A DNA stretch of 64,000 nucleotides from Acetobacteraceae bacterium (GCA_050730175.1 JBOHMN010000387.1:13336-77335); one strand, 5' to 3'. Shown: positions 11,601 through 21,665, counted from the first letter of the stretch. Made by a program: numbers and translations. Notes: generated by a model not told the origin, from the letters alone.

Positions 11601-12791
11601 TCAGGCCACGACCTTCGCGACCACTCCGGCGCCGACCGTGCGGCCACCTTCACGAATCGCGAAGCGCAGCCCGTCATCCATCGCAATCGGGGCGATCAGC
11701 TCGACATCCATCGAGATGTTATCGCCCGGCATCACCATTTCGGTGCCATCCGGCAGCTTTACGACCCCGGTCACGTCGGTCGTGCGAAAGTAGAATTGCG
11801 GGCGGTAATTGCTGAAGAACGGGGTATGCCTGCCCCCTTCCTCCTTGGTGAGGATGTAGGCTTCCGCCTTGAACTGCGTATGGGGCGTGATCGAGCCGGG
11901 CGCCGCCAGGACCTGGCCGCGCTCCACCTCCTCGCGTTTGGTGCCGCGCAAAAGCGCCCCGATGTTATCCCCCGCTTCCCCCTGATCGAGAAGCTTGCGG
12001 AACATCTCGACACCGGTCACCACGGTCTTCTGGGTTGCGCGCAGGCCGACGATTTCCACTTCATCGCCGACCTTCACGACGCCGCGTTCAATCCGCCCCG
12101 TGACCACTGTGCCGCGCCCGGAAATCGAGAAGACGTCTTCGATCGGCATCAGGAACGGGCGGTCCTTCGGCCGATCGGGCTGTGGGATGTACTCGTCCAC
12201 CGCGTCCATCAGTTTAAGGATCGACTGCTCGCCGAGGTCCGGATTGCGATCCTCGAGCGCGCACAATGCCGAGCCCTTGATGATCGGAATGTCGTCGCCG
12301 GGGAACTGGTAGCTCTTGAGCAGTTCCCTCACCTCGAGCTCGACCAGCTCCAGGATCTCCGGATCGTCCACCATGTCCACCTTGTTGAGATAGACGACCA
12401 GCGCCGGCACGCCGACCTGCCGCGCCAACAGGATATGCTCACGAGTCTGCGGCATCGGCCCATCGTTGGCGGAGACCACGAGGATTGCGCCGTCCATCTG
12501 CGCTGCGCCGGTGATCATGTTCTTCACGTAGTCGGCGTGGCCTGGGCAATCGACATGCGCGTAATGGCGCTTCTTCGTTTCATATTCCACGTGCGCGGTG
12601 GCGATCGTGATCCCGCGGGCACGCTCCTCGGGCGCTTTGTCGATTTGGTCATAGGCGGTGAAGACAGCACCACCGGATTTCGCCAGCACCTTGGTGATTG
12701 CGGCGGTGAGCGTCGTCTTGCCGTGATCGACATGGCCAATCGTGCCGATGTTGCAGTGCGGCTTCGTCCGCTGGAATTTCGCCTTACCCAT
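11601..12791 (-). CDS. tuf: elongation factor Tu
   Basis: 396 aa containing [18 protein letters not shown] and NKVD. Only 42 nt upstream of rpsJ and 45 nt downstream of rpsG. Confidence 0.98.
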   Translation of the reverse strand: MGKAKFQRTKPHCNIGTIGHVDHGKTTLTAAITKVLAKSGGAVFTAYDQIDKAPEERARGITIATAHVEYETKKRHYAHVDCPGHADYVKNMITGAAQMDGAILVVSANDGPMPQTREHILLARQVGVPALVVYLNKVDMVDDPEILELVELEVRELLKSYQFPGDDIPIIKGSALCALEDRNPDLGEQSILKLMDAVDEYIPQPDRPKDRPFLMPIEDVFSISGRGTVVTGRIERGVVKVGDEVEIVGLRATQKTVVTGVEMFRKLLDQGEAGDNIGALLRGTKREEVERGQVLAAPGSITPHTQFKAEAYILTKEEGGRHTPFFSNYRPQFYFRTTDVTGVVKLPDGTEMVMPGDNISMDVELIAPIAMDDGLRFAIREGGRTVGAGVVAKVVA

Positions 12792-12836
12792 CTCAGTCCT
12801 CTCCGTTCGGCCGCTTCCGGCGCCTCTTTCCCCGAC

Positions 12837-13316
12837 CTACCAGCGGTAGTGGCTGAAGGCCTTGTTCGCCTCGGCCATTCGATGCGTGTCCTCGCGCTTT
12901 TTCACGGCTGCACCACGGTTGTTGACCGCGTCGTGCAGCTCGTTGCAGAGACGCTCGACCATTGTATGCTCGCCCTTGCGCTTGCGTGCGGCGTCGATCA
13001 GCCAGCGAATGGCCAAAGCCTGACGCCGCTCGGTGCGGACCTCGATAGGAACCTGGTAGGTGGCCCCGCCGACGCGCCGCGAACGCACCTCGGCAGCGGG
13101 CTTCACGTTCTCCATCGCCTCGTGGAAAAGCCGGACCGGGTCGGCGGAGGAGGGGCCGCGCTTCTTCAGCAGATCGAGCGCCCCATAAACGATTCCTTCG
13201 GCAACCGACTTCATCCCGTCATGCATCAGCGCGTTCATGAAGCGGCTGATGACCGCATCACCGAACTTCGCGTCGGGCAGGATCTCGCGGCGGACGGCGC
13301 GGCGGCGGCGGCTCAT
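12837..13316 (-). CDS. rpsG: 30S ribosomal protein S7 (uS7)
   Basis: ORF 12837..13421 trimmed to [20 protein letters not shown], ending in HYRW. Confidence 0.95.
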   Translation of the reverse strand: MSRRRRAVRREILPDAKFGDAVISRFMNALMHDGMKSVAEGIVYGALDLLKKRGPSSADPVRLFHEAMENVKPAAEVRSRRVGGATYQVPIEVRTERRQALAIRWLIDAARKRKGEHTMVERLCNELHDAVNNRGAAVKKREDTHRMAEANKAFSHYRW

Positions 13317-13323
13317 TCTACCC

Positions 13324-13695
13324 TCACTTCGGCCGCTTCGCGCCGTACAGGGAACGGCGCTGGCGGCGCTTGGCGATCCCCTGCGTGTCGAGCACGCCGC
13401 GCAGGATATGATAGCGCACACCAGGCAGGTCCTTGACCCGACCCCCGCGGATCAGCACGACGCTGTGCTCCTGGAGATTGTGGCCTTCGCCCGGGATGTA
13501 GCTCACCACCTCGTAGCCGTTGGTCAGCCTGACCTTGGCGACCTTGCGCAGGGCCGAGTTCGGCTTCTTTGGCGTCGTGGTATAAACCCGGGTACAGACA
13601 CCCCGCTTCTGCGGGCAGCCCTGCAGCGCCGGCACCTTGTTGCGCGCCGAACGCGGCTCGCGTCCCTTGGCAATCAACTGGTTGATCGTCGGCAT
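13324..13695 (-). CDS. rpsL: 30S ribosomal protein S12 (uS12)
   Basis: 123 aa starting [14 protein letters not shown] and containing [16 protein letters not shown]. Confidence 0.98.
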   Translation of the reverse strand: MPTINQLIAKGREPRSARNKVPALQGCPQKRGVCTRVYTTTPKKPNSALRKVAKVRLTNGYEVVSYIPGEGHNLQEHSVVLIRGGRVKDLPGVRYHILRGVLDTQGIAKRRQRRSLYGAKRPK

Positions 13696-13912
13696 CCGTG
13701 CAATCCGAAATCCATGTCCTCATTCCCCCGCCGCAAGAAAGCTCCCGCGGCGCGAGATCGCCCCACGCTGCGGAACCGGCCCTGCCTGCGGCCTTGGCTG
13801 CCGGAACCCCGTCAGCGGCGCCGCAAACCCGATGATCCTTGCAGACAACTCCCAGCCGGCACCTGCGCCGGCTAGTCGAGGGCGCGGAAACTAGGGTCGG
13901 GCAAAGAGCAAG

Positions 13913-14400
13913 TCAAGCGCCTCGGGTGCGTGATGAGCGGGCCTCCTTTGTCCTTTCGGGGTTCGCGGGTACTGCCGCTTCGACGGAGGCAACGCCTGCC
14001 GTGCCGTTCTCGAGATTCGCAAAGGTTACTGCCGGACAAGCTTTACCGCGGATCGCGGCGGCAACCTCCGCGTAGATCGTGGCGATGGCATCGCTCCAAC
14101 CCTCCGGATGGCCTGGGCGGGCGCGGCTTATCCGCTCCCCGCCGGTCCGACCGCTGGCGGGCCGCCGGTGATCCGGCCGGGCGTGCCATCTGCTACGAGC
14201 GCGAGAGCGTGCCGCACGGGGGATCGCCGGTGCCGTTGCAGATGGCGGCAAACCCACGGCTCTTCGCCGCCAAACGCACCGAGGGTCGGCCGCCGCCTCC
14301 AGCGCTGTGTCGCGGGTGTGTATTCGGTTGGGCCGGACGCCCCGGCGCCGCCAGGGCATGGCAGCGCGCCGGAACGGGGAGTGGGCCCGCAAAACGCACC
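13913..14400 (-). pseudogene. decayed C-terminal fragment of a Gfo/Idh/MocA-type oxidoreductase
   Basis: Reverse-strand translation of 14041-14110 gives GHPEGWSDAIATIYAEVAAAIRGK, followed by AVTFANLENGTAGVASVEAAVPANPERTKE. This matches the conserved C-terminal GHPEG...IY...G...EA pattern of the family. Upstream, protein-like sequence is seen only in shifted frames (e.g. ALALVADGTPGRITGG). There is no N-terminal Rossmann part. Confidence 0.5.
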
Positions 14401-14405
14401 GCGTG

Positions 14406-15503
14406 CTAACTGAGATCCACCACTTTGCCCGTGCGGATGCTGCTGTCTGCCGCCAGCACGATGCGGAGGCTGTTCACGGCATCCGCCCAATGGCTGGACA
14501 GATCGAGATCATCGCGTATCGTCTGGCGCAACCATTGCTGCTCGCGCACGCTGATCTCGTCATGGTCGGGCGAATCGGCGATGGTGATATCTTCGTCCGC
14601 CAGCGCCATCGAATCGTCTGCCGTAAGGGCGGCATGATGCAACCGTAGTACCCGCGCGTTGATGTGTGTTGCAATGTCGGATGAGATGGTGGAGCGCGCT
14701 CCCGCTGGGTTGCAACGGCCCTGTTCGGACGCGAGGATGCTCACCGCGCCGCGCGGGCCGATGACGTCCTTCACGAAGAAGGCGGTCTCGCTCATCATCG
14801 GCCCCCAGCCAGCTTCGTACCAGCCGACCGAGCCATCGGCGAACACAACCTGTAGCTGGCCATAATTGTACATTCCCTTGCTGATCTCTTCGCTCAGCCG
14901 GGCGCCGATCGCGTGCACGCGTACCGGCCGTGCGCCCGTCATCAGGCACATCATGTCGACGTAATGCACGCCGCAATCGACGATCGGAGAAAGCGCGCTG
15001 AGCAGGTTGCGGTGCCACGTCCACGCCGGGCCGATCGACTGCTGGTTGAGATTCATGCGCATCACCAAAGGCTTGCCGAGCCCGCGCGCGATCTCGACCA
15101 GGCGCATCCAGGCCGGGTGGTGGCGCGCGCCGTAACCGATCACGAGCTTGCGCCGCGCGCGACCGGCGGCTTCGGTCACGTGTTCCGCATCGGCGACGGT
15201 CTCGGCCAGCGGTTTTTCGACAAACACATGGGCGCCGGCAGCAAATGCGCGGAGCGCAAAATCGGCGTGCGTGTCCGGCCAGGTATTGATCGAGACCACA
15301 TCGGGCTTGAGCGTGGCCAGCGCCTCGCCGTAGTCGGCGAAGCGTGGCAGATCAGACCATTCGGACGGCAGGTCGCGGCGCTCCATCACCGAGCGGGCGC
15401 AGAGACCCGCGAGTTCGTAGCCGTCAAGCTTCTGGTATGCGCGTGCGTGCGTCAGGCCCATGTGGCCAAGCCCGACAACCAGAACGCGCAGCCCTTTTCC
15501 CAT
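14406..15503 (-). CDS. Gfo/Idh/MocA family NAD(P)-dependent oxidoreductase
   Basis: 365 aa. N-terminal Rossmann motif LRVLVVGLGHMG, then VFVEKPLA and a C-terminal alpha/beta domain. Confidence 0.88.
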   Translation of the reverse strand: MGKGLRVLVVGLGHMGLTHARAYQKLDGYELAGLCARSVMERRDLPSEWSDLPRFADYGEALATLKPDVVSINTWPDTHADFALRAFAAGAHVFVEKPLAETVADAEHVTEAAGRARRKLVIGYGARHHPAWMRLVEIARGLGKPLVMRMNLNQQSIGPAWTWHRNLLSALSPIVDCGVHYVDMMCLMTGARPVRVHAIGARLSEEISKGMYNYGQLQVVFADGSVGWYEAGWGPMMSETAFFVKDVIGPRGAVSILASEQGRCNPAGARSTISSDIATHINARVLRLHHAALTADDSMALADEDITIADSPDHDEISVREQQWLRQTIRDDLDLSSHWADAVNSLRIVLAADSSIRTGKVVDLS

Positions 15504-15902
15504 TGATGCCTCCCTACGGTGATCGTCCTCGCGCGAACGTTGGGCGCGGGCTCACCGGCCTGACGGTGCAAATCTGGCCTCCTCATGCGCCGGGGCGTCA
15601 ACCCTTGTGCTGTGCCCGGCCGAGCGAATTGTGCGCGGCCTGTGCGGCACAGCCGGGCGTCATCGACCCTGCCGTCGGGCCGGCGTCCTCGCACCGCTTG
15701 GCGTTCGTTGCAGCTGCCTGTCTCGAGGGGGCCTGTCTCAAGGGTAGCCTGTTGCAAGAAGATCTGCGCGGGGCAAGCACTTTGCGCCGCCGAAGCGGGC
15801 GAGTAGTATCGACTTGGAAGTGCCGGCGTTGCTTGCACGTGGCCCGGCGGGCCGAGCAACAACCGCTGCGACAGCGGCCGGCGCCCGACGCGGGAGGAAG
15901 TC

Positions 15903-16940
15903 ATGCAATTTGTGAAAGGACTGGCCGGCGCACTTGCGGTCGCGGCTGCGCTTGGCGTGAACCCTGGAACCGCCGCAGCACAGGGCAAGAAGTTCGTCAT
16001 CGGCGTGTCCAATACGTTGATCGGCAACGGTTGGCGGGAAGAGATGGTCTGCTCCATCAAGGCGCAGGCCAAGGTATCGGGCCTGGTCTCTAAGATCATC
16101 CTCGCCAACCGCAACGGCGGACCGCCGGAGCAAATCGCCGACATGCGGAACCTGATCTCGGCCGGCGTCAATGCTATTATCTTTGACCCGTCAAGCCGCA
16201 CGGCCCTCGATCCCGTGATCAAGCAGGCAGCGCAGCGCGGCATCGTGATGGTCGCAGTTGACCAGTCCGTCGACGCGCCTCAGGCTTACGTCCTGTCCAA
16301 CGACCAGGTCGCCTACGGCCGCCTTGGTGCGGAGTGGCTGTTTCAGGACCTGAAGGGACACGGTAACGTCATCGAGATGCGCGGTATCGACGGTGTGCCC
16401 GCCGACTCCGACCGGCACGAGGGCTTCATGGAGGCGCTGAAGAAATACCCCGGCATCCACGTCGTCGCCATGACATTTACCGGGTGGGCGCTCAACACCG
16501 GTGCCACGCAGATACGCGACCTGCTGTCATCGGGTAAGCATATCGACGGAGTATGGACGTCAGGGATCGACGCCGTCGTGCCGGATGCCTATCACACGGC
16601 GCACAAGCCGTTCGTGCCGGTGGTCGGTGCCGACAACAACGGCTTCATCGGCCAGCTCATCCAGTGGAAGGCCGACGGGTTGACCGGCGCGGCTGTGACC
16701 AACCCGGCGTCAGTGGGCGGCGCCGGGCTCGCGGTTGCGCTCGACGTGCTGGAACACAAGAAAGAGCCGCACGTGATCAAGCTGACGCCGGAGGTATGGC
16801 CGAATACGACCGCCGCCGGGATGGCTATTCTGAACAAGGCATACCATGAGAATTTCGACCCGTATTACAGCGTCGATACCGAGGTGAAGCCGTACACCAC
16901 ATTTACGACGGCCGAGTTGAAGGCTTGCCAGGGACCCTGA
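15903..16940 (+). CDS. sugar-type ABC transporter substrate-binding protein (PBP1 fold)
   Basis: 345 aa. Signal peptide AVAAALGVNPGTAAAQG. Contains IGVSNTLIGNGWREEM. SD gggaggaag lies before the ATG. Confidence 0.88.
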   Translation: MQFVKGLAGALAVAAALGVNPGTAAAQGKKFVIGVSNTLIGNGWREEMVCSIKAQAKVSGLVSKIILANRNGGPPEQIADMRNLISAGVNAIIFDPSSRTALDPVIKQAAQRGIVMVAVDQSVDAPQAYVLSNDQVAYGRLGAEWLFQDLKGHGNVIEMRGIDGVPADSDRHEGFMEALKKYPGIHVVAMTFTGWALNTGATQIRDLLSSGKHIDGVWTSGIDAVVPDAYHTAHKPFVPVVGADNNGFIGQLIQWKADGLTGAAVTNPASVGGAGLAVALDVLEHKKEPHVIKLTPEVWPNTTAAGMAILNKAYHENFDPYYSVDTEVKPYTTFTTAELKACQGP

Positions 16941-16948
16941 CGGCGCTG

Positions 16949-16978
16949 GGCGGTGCCGGGGTGCCTGCGCGCACCGCC
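16949..16978 (+). promoter_or_regulatory. intercistronic GC stem-loop after the binding-protein gene
   Basis: GGCGGTGC (16949-16956) pairs with GCACCGCC (16971-16978). No U-tract. Lies between the SBP stop and the ATPase start, which is typical of an mRNA-stabilising or partial-attenuation hairpin. Confidence 0.35.
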
Positions 16979-17011
16979 AGATCCCAACACGGGTGAGAGC
17001 TCCCGCGGAGC

Positions 17012-18517
17012 ATGAGCGAGCCCGCGCTGCTGCTTGAAGCGAGCGACGTCGCCAAGAGCTTTGGCGCCGTCGCCGCCTTGCGTGGCGCCTGCCTGGAAGT
17101 GCGAGCGGGCGAAGTGCACGCGTTGATGGGAGCAAACGGCGCAGGCAAAAGCACACTCGTGAAAGTGCTCACGGGCGTGCTTCGCCCCGACTCCGGGACG
17201 ATGGCCATCCGCGGGGTGCGCCGTTTCTTCCGATCGCCTGCGCAGGCTCGCGCCAGCGGGCTCGCGTCGGTCTATCAGGATCCGGCGTTGGTGCCTGACC
17301 TTACGATCGGCCAGAATCTGCGTCTCGCAGGGACGAAGGCGGGCGCGGTGTGGTCCTGGCTCGAACAGTTCGGATTTGGAAGCCTCGATCTTCGCACGTA
17401 TATTCGTGATCTGCCGCTGCCGACCCTCCGGCTGATCGACTTGGCGCGGGTGTTGGCGGCGGAGCCCGATATCCTGTTGCTCGATGAAATTACCGCCGCC
17501 TTGCCGGCCGATCTGGCTGAGCACGTGTTCGACGCCATGCGCCGCTGGCGCGATATGGGCCGCTCGGTCATCTTCATCTCGCATCGGCTGGCCGAAATTG
17601 CTGCTCTTTGCGATCGCGCCACGGTCCTGCGTGACGGATTGACCGTAGGCGTCGTCGATCCCGCGGCTGGCGCCGAAGAGAAGGTTGTCTCGTTGATGCT
17701 CGGGGCCGCGCCGGAAGGTCGCGCCGCCGATACCATCGCAGTGGCGAGTGACCGGCGGGTAGCCGAGAGCGCTGTGGCGCCGGCGCTGGAAGTCAAGCAT
17801 CTGCGCTGCGGCGAATTGTTGCATGACGTTTCGCTCAGCCTCTGCGCCGGGGAAGTTCTCGGCGTGGCAGCACTGGAAGGCCAGGGGCAGACCGAGCTGT
17901 TCGACTGTCTCGCCGGTTTGCGCCGCCCTGCCGGCGGCAGCATCGTCGCGCACGGCGTGGCGCAGAAATTCCGTCACCCGGCCGACGCCATTCGTGCGGG
18001 CCTCGTCCTGGTTCCGGCCGACCGGCTTCGCGCCTTGCTGCCGCAGCGTTCGGTGCGCGAGAACATTGCGCTTCCACTGGCGCGTCGTCTGACGAGTTGG
18101 GGGCCGTTGCCTCTGCGCCGCGAATTGCGGGAGGTGAATCGGGCCGTATCGCGCCTGCAAATCGATACGCGGGCCGCTTCGGAAGTACGGCGCCTGAGCG
18201 GTGGCAACCAGCAGAAGGTGGTCATCGCCCGCTGGATTGCCTGTGGTTTCAAGACGCTGCTTTGTTTCGACCCGACCCGCGGCATCGACATCGGTACCAA
18301 GCGCCAGATCTATGGTCTCGTGCGCGAGGTCGCGGCGGCTGGCAGCGCAGTCCTGCTGTTCACTTCGGAACTGCCGGAAATCGCCCTTGCCTGCGATCGT
18401 GTGGTGGTTTTGTTTGGTGGTCGGGTGGTTGAGGAGCTGCCGGCAAGCGAGGCCGGCGAGGCACGCTTGTTACGCGCAGCGCACGGTTTGGCAAGGCAGG
18501 CCGACCACGCAGCATGA
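17012..18517 (+). CDS. sugar ABC transporter ATP-binding protein (two fused NBDs)
   Basis: 501 aa. Walker A GANGAGKST. Signature LSGGNQQKV in the second half. Confidence 0.93.
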   Translation: MSEPALLLEASDVAKSFGAVAALRGACLEVRAGEVHALMGANGAGKSTLVKVLTGVLRPDSGTMAIRGVRRFFRSPAQARASGLASVYQDPALVPDLTIGQNLRLAGTKAGAVWSWLEQFGFGSLDLRTYIRDLPLPTLRLIDLARVLAAEPDILLLDEITAALPADLAEHVFDAMRRWRDMGRSVIFISHRLAEIAALCDRATVLRDGLTVGVVDPAAGAEEKVVSLMLGAAPEGRAADTIAVASDRRVAESAVAPALEVKHLRCGELLHDVSLSLCAGEVLGVAALEGQGQTELFDCLAGLRRPAGGSIVAHGVAQKFRHPADAIRAGLVLVPADRLRALLPQRSVRENIALPLARRLTSWGPLPLRRELREVNRAVSRLQIDTRAASEVRRLSGGNQQKVVIARWIACGFKTLLCFDPTRGIDIGTKRQIYGLVREVAAAGSAVLLFTSELPEIALACDRVVVLFGGRVVEELPASEAGEARLLRAAHGLARQADHAA

Positions 18518-18542
18518 GCGCAGCTGTCAGCCATCGGGCTCT

Positions 18543-19508
18543 ATGACGGCCGGACTGCTCTACCAGGCACGCCGTCACGCCGCCCTGATCGGGATGCCGC
18601 TGCTGGTCGTGTTGTTTCTCGCCGCGACAGTCCAAATTCACCCCAAGTTCGGTTCGTTCGACTTCCAGTCCCTGGCGCTCGGCGCGCTGCCACTCGCCTT
18701 GGCGGCCGCGGCCCAGACGGTCGTCGTGCTGTCCGGCGGCGTCGACCTTTCGGTCGGCTCGATGATGACGGTCGCCAACGTCGTTTCCGCTCGCGTCATG
18801 CAGCACGCAAGCTTCGAGCAGTCGCTGCTGCTCGGGGCGCTGATCGTGCTCGGCGGCGCGGTCGCCGGTGCATTGAACGGGTTTGTGCTCGTGCTCTCAC
18901 GTGTCCCGGACGTAGTTGTGACGCTCGCGACGGGTTTCATCTGGGGTGGCGTCGCGCTGCTGATCCTCGCCCAGCCCGGCGGAGGCGCGCCGGAGGGATT
19001 CCTCAATCTTGCCACCGGCACGCTGTTCACGCCGTGGCTGCCGAACGCAATGGTTCTGCTGGCAGTCGTCGTGACGGTCATCTGGTTGCCCATCCGAACC
19101 TCCCGGCTCGGCCTTGCGCTTTATGCCGTCGGCAGCGATCGAACGGCGGCCTTTCGCAGCGGGGTCGGAGTCGAGTCAACGCGCTTTCTGGCTTACGTGA
19201 TCGGCGGGCTGTTCAACGCGGTCGGCGGCCTGGCATTGACCATGACCACCGGTATCGGGGCGCCGCTTTCCGGCGCCTTCTACACCTTGACCGGGCTGGC
19301 CGCAGTGGTCATCGGTGGCGTCAGCCTCGCCGGGGGCCGCGGCGGAATGGTGGGGCCGGTGCTCGCAGCCTATATCTTGACCCTGATTCCGACCGACCTG
19401 ATTTTCCTCAACATCGACCCGAATTTCGGGCAGGTGATCAAGGGCACGCTGATCGTCCTGGTCGTCATGAGCGGCGGGCTCGCCACTCTGCTTCGCCAGA
19501 GGCCATGA
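18543..19508 (+). CDS. ABC transporter permease (ribose/xylose type)
   Basis: ORF 18201..19508 trimmed to the ATG at 18543 (MTAGLLYQARRH), just after the ATPase stop. Hydrophobic multi-pass protein. Confidence 0.88.
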   Translation: MTAGLLYQARRHAALIGMPLLVVLFLAATVQIHPKFGSFDFQSLALGALPLALAAAAQTVVVLSGGVDLSVGSMMTVANVVSARVMQHASFEQSLLLGALIVLGGAVAGALNGFVLVLSRVPDVVVTLATGFIWGGVALLILAQPGGGAPEGFLNLATGTLFTPWLPNAMVLLAVVVTVIWLPIRTSRLGLALYAVGSDRTAAFRSGVGVESTRFLAYVIGGLFNAVGGLALTMTTGIGAPLSGAFYTLTGLAAVVIGGVSLAGGRGGMVGPVLAAYILTLIPTDLIFLNIDPNFGQVIKGTLIVLVVMSGGLATLLRQRP

Positions 19509-20494
19509 GCATCTCCGGACGCGCTGGCCCGCCCGCAAAGGTGTCACTCGGCCGCCTCCATCCGGCTGCGCTGCTCCGGGAGTTTTCAAGCGCGGCTCTG
19601 GTGGTGCTCCTGTTGGTCCTGGTCGGGGGGATCGCCGTGATCCGGCCCGGAACCGTCACGGCGGACTGGGGCGCCAATACGCTGTTGTTTGCCGCGCCGC
19701 TCGGGCTGATGGCAGGCGGCGAGACCGTGCTCCTGCTGACCGGGGGCATCGATCTCTCGGTTTCCGCGATTGCCACCAGTTCCGCGTACCTGCTTTCGGC
19801 GAACAGCGCCCAGGATCCGGCGCTGGCCGTGTTGCTCGGCCTTGGCGTCGGGCTTCTGGTCGGCCTTCTCAATGGCGTCGGTGTAGCGATCTTCCGCGTG
19901 CAACCGCTGGTCATGACGCTTGGCACTGGATTGATGACCGAAGGGGCGCTCGTGGTTTACAGCCAGAAGGTCATCGCCCATCTGCCGCATGTACCGCACT
20001 TCATTGTTGTGCTGGGTAGCAGCAAGTTCCTCGGCGTGGTGCCGGTCGATTTGCTGCTTTGGGCGCCGATTGCCGCCCTGCTGATTCTGGGCTTGCGATA
20101 CTCCGGTTTCGGGCGGCTGCTCTATGCCGTTGGCGACAATGCCGAGGCCTGTCGGCTGGCCGGGGTGCGCGTGTGGCGCGTGCTGGTCGTCGCCTATGTG
20201 ATCTGCGGACTTCTTTGTGCCATTGCCGGTTTGATCATGGTCGGCACCACCAACGCCGCGGACCTCAGCCTGGCTGATGTCTATCTGCTGCCGGCGATCG
20301 CCGCGCCGATCATTGGTGGAACATCGATCTTCGGCGGGCGCGGTGGCTACGGCGGTGCTATCGTCGGCGCCCTTGTCCTGACGGTGCTGAACAGCCTGCT
20401 CACCCTGCTGAACGTTCTGGAACCACTCAAGCAGGTCCTCTACGGCGCGATCATTTTGCTGCTCAGCGCGGCGTACACCCGACTGAGCGAATAG
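19505..20494 (+). CDS. ABC transporter permease (second TMD)
   Basis: ORF 19034..20494 trimmed to the ATG at 19505 (MSISGRAGPP). ATGA overlap with the preceding stop. Confidence 0.88.
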   Translation: MSISGRAGPPAKVSLGRLHPAALLREFSSAALVVLLLVLVGGIAVIRPGTVTADWGANTLLFAAPLGLMAGGETVLLLTGGIDLSVSAIATSSAYLLSANSAQDPALAVLLGLGVGLLVGLLNGVGVAIFRVQPLVMTLGTGLMTEGALVVYSQKVIAHLPHVPHFIVVLGSSKFLGVVPVDLLLWAPIAALLILGLRYSGFGRLLYAVGDNAEACRLAGVRVWRVLVVAYVICGLLCAIAGLIMVGTTNAADLSLADVYLLPAIAAPIIGGTSIFGGRGGYGGAIVGALVLTVLNSLLTLLNVLEPLKQVLYGAIILLLSAAYTRLSE

Positions 20495-20567
20495 GTGAAA
20501 GGAGCATCATGGCCGGCGCAGCGAGCGACTTCATCCCGCCTGCCTCGCTCAGGGAGAGCGAGGCGGC

Positions 20568-21665
20568 ATGAACGACGCGTTGGGGTTCGAGCCGGATGCG
20601 CCAATCCGGCGACGTGACGTTCCAGTGGGTTGCATTGGCGCCGGATTCATCATGGCCGACGTGCAGCTTGCCGCCTACGCGGAGGCACGCTTTCCGGTTG
20701 TTGCGATCGCCTCGCGCACGCCAGCGCGGGCGGCTTCTGTGGCAGGGCGCTGGGGCATCCCCACCGTCCATGCCACGCCGGAAGCGCTCATCGATGACCA
20801 AGGGGTGGCGATCCTCGACATCGCCTTTCCGCCCGACCAGCAACCGGCCCTGATCCGCCGGGCGCTCTCCAAGGCGCACATCCGTGGCATCCTGGCTCAG
20901 AAGCCGCTGGCGATGAACGCGCTCGAGGCGAAGAGTCTTGCTATGGAGGCCAGCGCCGCCGGCAAGCTGCTTTCTGTCAATCAGAACATGCGCTTCGATC
21001 AGGCCATGCGCGTGCTCAAGCAGATCATGGCGCGTGGCGCGCTGGGCCAGCCAGTGCTGGCGACGATCGAGATGCGGGCGATACCCCACTGGCAGCCGTT
21101 TCTCGCTGGATATGACCGGCTGACGATTCTCAACATGGCGATCCACCATCTCGACGTGCTGCGTTTCCTGCTCGGCGAGCCCGTTGCCATCAGCACCAGT
21201 GCACGCACCGATCCGCGCACCCGCTTTGCGCATACCGACGGCATCACGATCTCGACCTTGCGATTTCCCTCTGGCGCGCTTGCAGTATCGATGGAAGATG
21301 TCTGGAGCGGCCCGCGTGAGCCGGGTTTTGTTTCCGACACCTACATCAAATGGCGCATGGAAGGGACGGACGGCGTGGCGCAGGGCACCATCGGTTGGCC
21401 CGACTATCCGGCGGGCAGTCCCTCCACCCTGCGCTATGCCTCCCGCACCGCGACGGGTGGCCAATGGGTGGAACCGCGCTGGCGCACGTGCTGGTTCCCG
21501 CATGCCTTTGCCGGCGTGATGGAGCAGCTGCAGTACGCGGTCGCCACCGGAACCCGGCCGACGCTCGACGCTGCCGACCATGTGCACACGATGGCCCTGG
21601 TGGACGCCGCCTACCGTTCCCTCCGCGACCGGCGCGAGGTTGCACTTTCCGAGATCGAAACATGA
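20568..21665 (+). CDS. Gfo/Idh/MocA family oxidoreductase
   Basis: 365 aa containing VGCIGAGFIMADVQLAAY and ILAQKPLA. Family-typical C-terminal domain. Confidence 0.85.
   Translation: MNDALGFEPDAPIRRRDVPVGCIGAGFIMADVQLAAYAEARFPVVAIASRTPARAASVAGRWGIPTVHATPEALIDDQGVAILDIAFPPDQQPALIRRALSKAHIRGILAQKPLAMNALEAKSLAMEASAAGKLLSVNQNMRFDQAMRVLKQIMARGALGQPVLATIEMRAIPHWQPFLAGYDRLTILNMAIHHLDVLRFLLGEPVAISTSARTDPRTRFAHTDGITISTLRFPSGALAVSMEDVWSGPREPGFVSDTYIKWRMEGTDGVAQGTIGWPDYPAGSPSTLRYASRTATGGQWVEPRWRTCWFPHAFAGVMEQLQYAVATGTRPTLDAADHVHTMALVDAAYRSLRDRREVALSEIET

Noticed and set aside
13696-13800. Candidate rpsL promoter (TTGCGG-N16-TGGATT on the minus strand).
   Set aside because: It is a weak match. It would leave an unusually short 5' UTR with a poor SD. 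It cannot be supported without transcript mapping.
13930-14409. 159-aa plus-strand ORF in the rpsL-upstream region.
   Set aside because: It lies antisense to the oxidoreductase-like remnant, has a Arg/Pro/Gly-rich composition, and shows no domain.
20578-20600. tRNA-like T-loop string GGGGTTCGAGCCGG.
   Set aside because: The flanking sequence cannot form a T-stem or acceptor stem, and it lies inside the start of a well-supported oxidoreductase CDS.
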